Origin: the human T2T-CHM13v2.0 reference genome, Homo sapiens
Assembly (NCBI RefSeq): GCF_009914755.1
Contig: NC_060943.1
Reading direction: 5' to 3' (one strand)
DNA length: 64,000 nucleotides
The position numbers and the translations under genes are program-made. Under the pieces are notes generated by a model. It had not been told where the DNA came from, did no database searches, and saw only the letters and a list, made by a program, of their open reading frames with translations. This document shows positions 55,951 to 64,000 of this stretch, piece after piece (the stretch's first letter is position 1; each line of letters begins with the position of its first letter).

Positions 55951-57387
55951 GTGAACTCAGTGTCCATGGGGAAGGGGAAGTGGGTTACTAGGTGCTAGAG
56001 TTTGTTTGGGGTTTGGGGGTGCCTCTGCTGCTTCCTGAAGGGCTTCATTTCCTAGAAGCTGAGAACACTGAGCTGACAGATCAACCCCCCTTCCTTCCCA
56101 CAGTGGGTCATGGGGCCAAGGAGGAAGAAGAGGAACCAGGTGCTGGCACCCCAGGTCGCAAACACATGCACTCCCCCTCAGCCCCGGAGCACGGGGCCTC
56201 GTTGCCTTGTCCCTCTGAGCCATCGCGGCCTCTCGCTTCTGCCCTCTTTATGTTTGGGCTCCTCCTGGACTTCCCTTCAGCACCAGAGACCCCTGCAGCC
56301 CAGACCCCAGGAGACTAAGAGGCCTGGGTGGTCTCTGGGATGGGCGGGGAGGCACACATGTGCAGGACTGGCTCTTCCCCACTCTGCTCCAGGGCCGAGG
56401 CCCCAAATAGCTGGACTTCTATATTTAGAAGCTGGCTCAGCAGCACCAGGGAACTATAAATACAGCCCAGATCAGTGCAGCCTCCAAAATCCCCAGGCCA
56501 GGCTGGGATGAGTAGGGAGCAAGGAGTTAGGGAGATGTCAGTGGGGCCAGATGGGGTCTGCAGTGAGGGCCCCCTGGGCCAGGTGCACACTGACAGGCCA
56601 GGCTCCCGGAAACCCAGGTGTTCAGCCTGCTGGAGGAGACAAACAGACCATAGTGGGACCTGCCCCCGGTGGGGGATCAGGGTTGGCCAGCGGGCTTCCC
56701 ACCCTCTTTCCCGTTCTCTGGGGCTTCCTGGCACAGGGACAGCTGTCTGGTCTCACAATAGCTGCGCCGCCCTCCTGGAGCCAGCTGCGGGGCTCATCCG
56801 TGTGGGGGCTGCCCGGCCCCTTCCTCTGCCATTGTCTCCCAGCCAGGGGGCATCCTGTTATGCCCCCCTCCACCCGGAGACCCCATCTGACCCCCCGCCT
56901 CAGCCCAGGCTTGTGCGGGTGCTGGGCAAGGGCTGGCGGCATAAGAAGCCGGGGAGTGGGGCGTTGGGGTCTCCTGGTGTCCCTCCCTGTTGCAGAGGGC
57001 AGCAAAGAGACAGTTCACCCCGCTCTGGGATCATCCTAACCGCGGCTCCTGTTGTTTATTGAGCGTCCATGCCCACCTACACTTCTGCAATGTGTTCCCT
57101 CCAGTCTGGTCTTCACGGGCACCTGGAGAAGTTCTGACCATTTCACAGATCGGGAAACTGAGGCCCGGAAAGGCCACATCACCTGCCTGAGACCACACAG
57201 CCCAAAAGGGAGCTCTGGGCGTGGTGGCTTACGCCTGTAATCCCAGTACTTTTGGAGGCTGAGGAGGGTGGATCACCTGAGGTCAGGAGTTCGAGACCAG
57301 CCTGGCCAACATGGGGAAACCCCGTCTCTATCAAAAATACAAAAAAATTAGCCTGGTGCGGTGGCAGGCGCCTGTAATCCCAGCTTA

Positions 57388-57616
<229 letters not shown>

Positions 57617-57672
57617 TCAAGCCATAATTGTGCCACTGAGTTCCAGCCTGGGCAACAGAGACGCTGTCTCTA

Positions 57673-57990
<318 letters not shown>

Positions 57991-58000
57991 TCAAAAAAAA

Positions 58001-58502
58001 TTATACTAATATAATTATTATAATTATATTATAATAATTATTATATTATATAATATAATTATTACTATATTATATAATATATTATAATGTTACATATTAT
58101 ATATTATAATTATTATACGATTATAATAATTATTAGATTATATAATTATACGATTATAATTCTTAGATTATATAATTATTATTATACGACTATAATTCTT
58201 AAATTATATAATAATTATATTATATAATAATTATTATACTATAATTATATTATATAATAATTATTATACATAATAATTATATAATATAATTATTATGCAT
58301 AATAATTATATTATATAATTATTATACATAATAATTATATTATATAATTATTATACATAATAATTATATAATATAATTATTATCATACTATAATAATTAT
58401 ATAATATAATTATTTTATACTATAATAATTATATTATATAATTATTATTATACTATAATAATTATATTATATAATTATTATTATACTATAATAATTATTA
58501 TT
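58001..58502. repeat. AT-rich minisatellite / low-complexity repeat (~27-bp degenerate units)
   Basis: Recurrent ATAATTATATTATATAATTATTATAC-type units, almost no G/C. Confidence 0.95.
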
Positions 58503-58530
58503 GTTGGTTGGATAATCTTGGGTTGCTTCT

Positions 58531-58695
58531 TTTTTTTTTTTTTCTTTTTTTTGAGATGGAGTCTTGCTCTGTTGCCCGGGCTGGAGTGCAGTGGCGCGAC
58601 CTCACGATCTCACGATCTCAGCTCACAGCAATCTACGTCTCCTGGGCTCAAGCAATTCTCCTGCCTCAGCTGCCCAAGCAGCTGGGATTACAGGC
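58531..58695 (-). mobile_element. 5'-truncated Alu (right arm only) with TSD
   Basis: TSD AATCTTGGGTT(G/A)CTTCT at 58514-58530 and 58696-58712; internal small duplication CTCACGAT x2. Confidence 0.8.
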
Positions 58696-59149
58696 AATCT
58701 TGGGTTACTTCTGAGCTGAGCAACCTGGGGCCAGTGGCTCAAAACGCCCAGGTGCCAGTTTCCCTTTTGACAAATGAGGACCATGTTCCCGCCCCTCATC
58801 ATTGCAGAACAAAAGTCATGAGGTTGTCCAGAAGCTGCAAAATAGGTCAGCAGGACTGAGACTTCAGGACAAAGAGAAAGTGGAGAAACATAGGCAGACG
58901 CCCCGGCAGGGACCAGATCAGCGAGGCTGAAGGAGGCTTCCTTTAGCTGGGCGGCAGCGGAGTGGAGTGGCAGGAGTACTACTAATTTGCATGGTTTACC
59001 ATATAGGGCCCCACTCAGCACAGGCTCTGTGCTGGTGCTCTGCAGAGAAAAAGACAAAAGTCACTCAGGGGGCTGACAGCCTAATGCGGCTCGAGGGCAG
59101 ATTGTTGCAAGGGAAGAAGGGAGATGGTGAGAAGTATTGGAGAGACTCA

Positions 59150-59472
<323 letters not shown>

Positions 59473-59475
59473 TTA

Positions 59476-59665
<190 letters not shown>

Positions 59666-60009
59666 TCACTATGAAGGGGTGTAGGGACAATCCCTGGCAT
59701 CAGGAAGCGCCTCCTGCCTCCCTGAGATTCTGCAGACACCAGCTGTCTGACGTGCCCATCTGATCTGCAGAGAAGGGACGTTGAGCCCTGGGGTTCTAGC
59801 TGGAGTTTCTGACTTTCTGAGAAAAAAAGGGCAAAATCCCTCCAGAGCTGGTCTGGCCCTCTCTCCTTCCAGCTTCTGCTGGTGTTCATTCCCCTCCCCC
59901 ACAGCCCAGGCCACCCCCACAGGAGCCCAGGACAGGAAGGGGTAAATTCTAGGACTGGGGATGTTTGATTATTCCCAGGACAATAGTTCTGTGACTTCAG
60001 TGATTAGTG

Positions 60010-60300
60010 ACTTTTTTTCCCCATCGCTGCAATCTCCCCCTTTGAACAATTGAACTATATTTTGCTTAGCATTCATCACTTCTGCATCTTGAATTTATTC
60101 ATGTAACAAGGAGACTTGATTTCGGCATCCTCACTGAAAAACCCTCCTCATTGCCCCAAATAGTAGGGAAACCTAAAAATAAATGTGAATATAAGGAACT
60201 CAAAACCAAGTCCTTGAATTCTGGCTGGACACAGACGCCTGCTAAGCCTCAGGGTCACGGAGGCGCTAAAGACATGTTAGTGCCCAGTGGAGACTTTCCC
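60010..60300. mobile_element. MER113-like hAT relic
   Basis: Similar text to the 50.8-kb relic (tgaatttatt...ga.actt...aaaacc...aaatag.agg..aacc.aaaaataaat...gaattctggct). Confidence 0.35.
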
Positions 60301-60501
60301 CTGGGCTCATTGTAGGGACTCTGGGGCTGGGCTGCCCGCCTATGGATCTTCTCAGCTGGGTAGGTCACTTGTGCCTCAGTTTCCTCCTCTGTCAAATGGG
60401 AATGACAACATCATTGCAGATGTTTTGAGGAGTAAATGAGTTAAAATAGATTAAAAAAAAAACAAACTTATGACCAGGCCTGGTGCAGACTAAGTGCTCT
60501 A

Positions 60502-60911
<410 letters not shown>

Positions 60912-61953
60912 TAGTAGAGACAGGGTTTCTCCATGTTGGTCAGGCTGAGTCTCGAACTCCCGACCTCAGGTGATCCACCCACCTCAGACTCCCAAAGTGC
61001 TGGGATTACAGGTGTGAGCCACCGCACCCAGCCAAAAAATAGCGTTTTAAAAAATTATGAGGTAGCTCAAGAGACAAGCTAATCATGTGATTTATCCAGA
61101 AAGGAAAGAACCCTCCTATCACATGATTCTCTGTTGATTAACGAAGAGGCCTCTGAAATATAAGTTTCCCACAGGGGGAAACTGGCTTAGAAAGATCAGA
61201 AAGATCCAGGAGGTCTGCTCTGTGCGGTGAAGCTTCTCTTCTTGGCACCTGCCTGGCATCGGAAGAGGGCCCCTTCTCCCTCCCTGGGCTTTTATGTGGA
61301 CACTGTAATGCCTCAGTTTTCTTTCTTTCTTTTTGTTTTTGACACAGGATCTCACTCTATCACCCAAGCTGGAGTGCAGTGGCACCATCATAGCTCACTG
61401 CAGCCTCAAACTCCCCAGCTCGGGTGATTCTCCCCGCCTCAGCCTCCTGAGTAGTAGTAGCTGGGACTACAGATGTCTGCCACCAGCCTGGATTATTTAT
61501 TTATTTATTTTGTAGAAACAAGAGTTTCGCCATGTTGCCCAGGCTGGTGTCAAACTCCTGAGCTCAAGCGATCCTCCTGCCTCGGCCTCCCAGAGTGCTG
61601 AGATCACAGGTGCGAGCCTCTGCACCCGACCTGTTTCCTCATCTGGAAAATGGCAGGGAAACGTTCTGCCAGCTGGGACGCAGGCTCTGCCAACTCTGGC
61701 ATGCCAAAGCTCTGGGCACAGGGCGAGTCCCACCAGCGTGGGCGTCCAGAGCTATTTCTGACAAGACCCCTTTGCGCCTGCCCAGGGAAGAGCCAAGTGG
61801 CCCCAGGCAAGACCGCCCCGCCGGGCTGCCACACCTTCCCCTCAGAGCAGCCAGCCCCAACACAGAGGCCAAAGGGTTCGTCAGAGCCACATGGTGGAAA
61901 CTCTAGCAGAGGGTTTTTGAAAGCAGGTTGCACTTCATTCTTACTGAGTGAGT

Positions 61954-61957
<4 letters not shown>

Positions 61958-61995
<38 letters not shown>
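61958..61995. repeat. (GT)19 microsatellite in ADGRE5 promoter
   Basis: Perfect GT dinucleotide run read directly. Confidence 0.97.
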
Positions 61996-61998
<3 letters not shown>

Positions 61999-62039
61999 CA
62001 GCGCCCCTGGGTCTGTGTTTTTATTGCACTTTCCTGCTG

Positions 62040-62213
62040 GCTTCCAGCTGCACCGCCAGTTCCGGGGAGGGCCCTGGGCCAGCGGCTGTCCGCCCCCCCT
62101 CCTTCATAAAGTCCTGGCCTCGGGACAGCCTGCACAGCTGCCCAGCCTGCGGAGACGGGACAGCCCTGTCCCACTCACTCTTTCCCCTGCCGCTCCTGCC
62201 GGCAGCTCCAACC
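62040..62213 (+). promoter_or_regulatory. ADGRE5: ADGRE5 proximal promoter and 5' UTR (CpG-rich)
   Basis: GC/CpG-rich non-repeat DNA just upstream of the ATG; GC box-like CGCCCCCCCTCC at ~62091-62102; TATA-like CATAAAG at 62105-62111, implying a TSS near 62135 (inferred). Confidence 0.75.
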
Positions 62214-62235
62214 ATGGGAGGCCGCGTCTTTCTCG
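62214..62235 (+). CDS. ADGRE5: ADGRE5 (CD97) first coding exon portion, start of signal peptide (MGGRVFL + 1 nt, phase-1 intron follows); rest of gene lies beyond the window
   Basis: CCAACC-ATG-GGA-GGC-CGC-GTC-TTT-CTC-G|GTAAGT: Kozak context, perfect donor at 62236-62241, and the peptide matches the known CD97 N-terminus MGGRVFLAFC... Confidence 0.95.

Positions 62236-64000
<1,765 letters not shown>

Overview
This is primate (almost certainly human) genomic DNA: GC-rich and extremely Alu-dense (roughly half the window by eye). The only supportable protein-coding sequence is near the right end: the first coding exon of ADGRE5 (CD97). It has an ATG at 62214 in a good Kozak context (CCAACCATGG), 22 coding nt (MGGRVFL + G) and a GTAAGT donor at 62236. 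This places the window at chr19p13.12 and makes it about 62 kb of upstream sequence plus the start of intron 1. Nearly all listed ORFs are translations of Alu, simple-repeat or GC-rich DNA and are not genes. Between the Alus lie L1M/L2/MIR fragments, MaLR/ERVL LTRs (MLT1, MLT2, LTR16), hAT DNA-transposon relics (MER20, MER63, MER96B, MER103, MER113) and a HERV-H LTR7-family solo LTR in an Alu > LTR7 > AluY nest. Repeat family names come from recall of consensus sequences, not an alignment, and most repeat boundaries are approximate. I see no evidence of a new protein-coding system. The most interesting signals are regulatory: a minus-strand TATA/GC-box/MEF2 promoter-like module near 55.9-56.5 kb, a ~20-bp-phased KLF/Sp motif array at 18.3 kb, TAATTA homeodomain clusters, three co-oriented CTCF-like motifs, tandem RFX X-boxes in ADGRE5 intron 1, and non-B-DNA-prone repeats.
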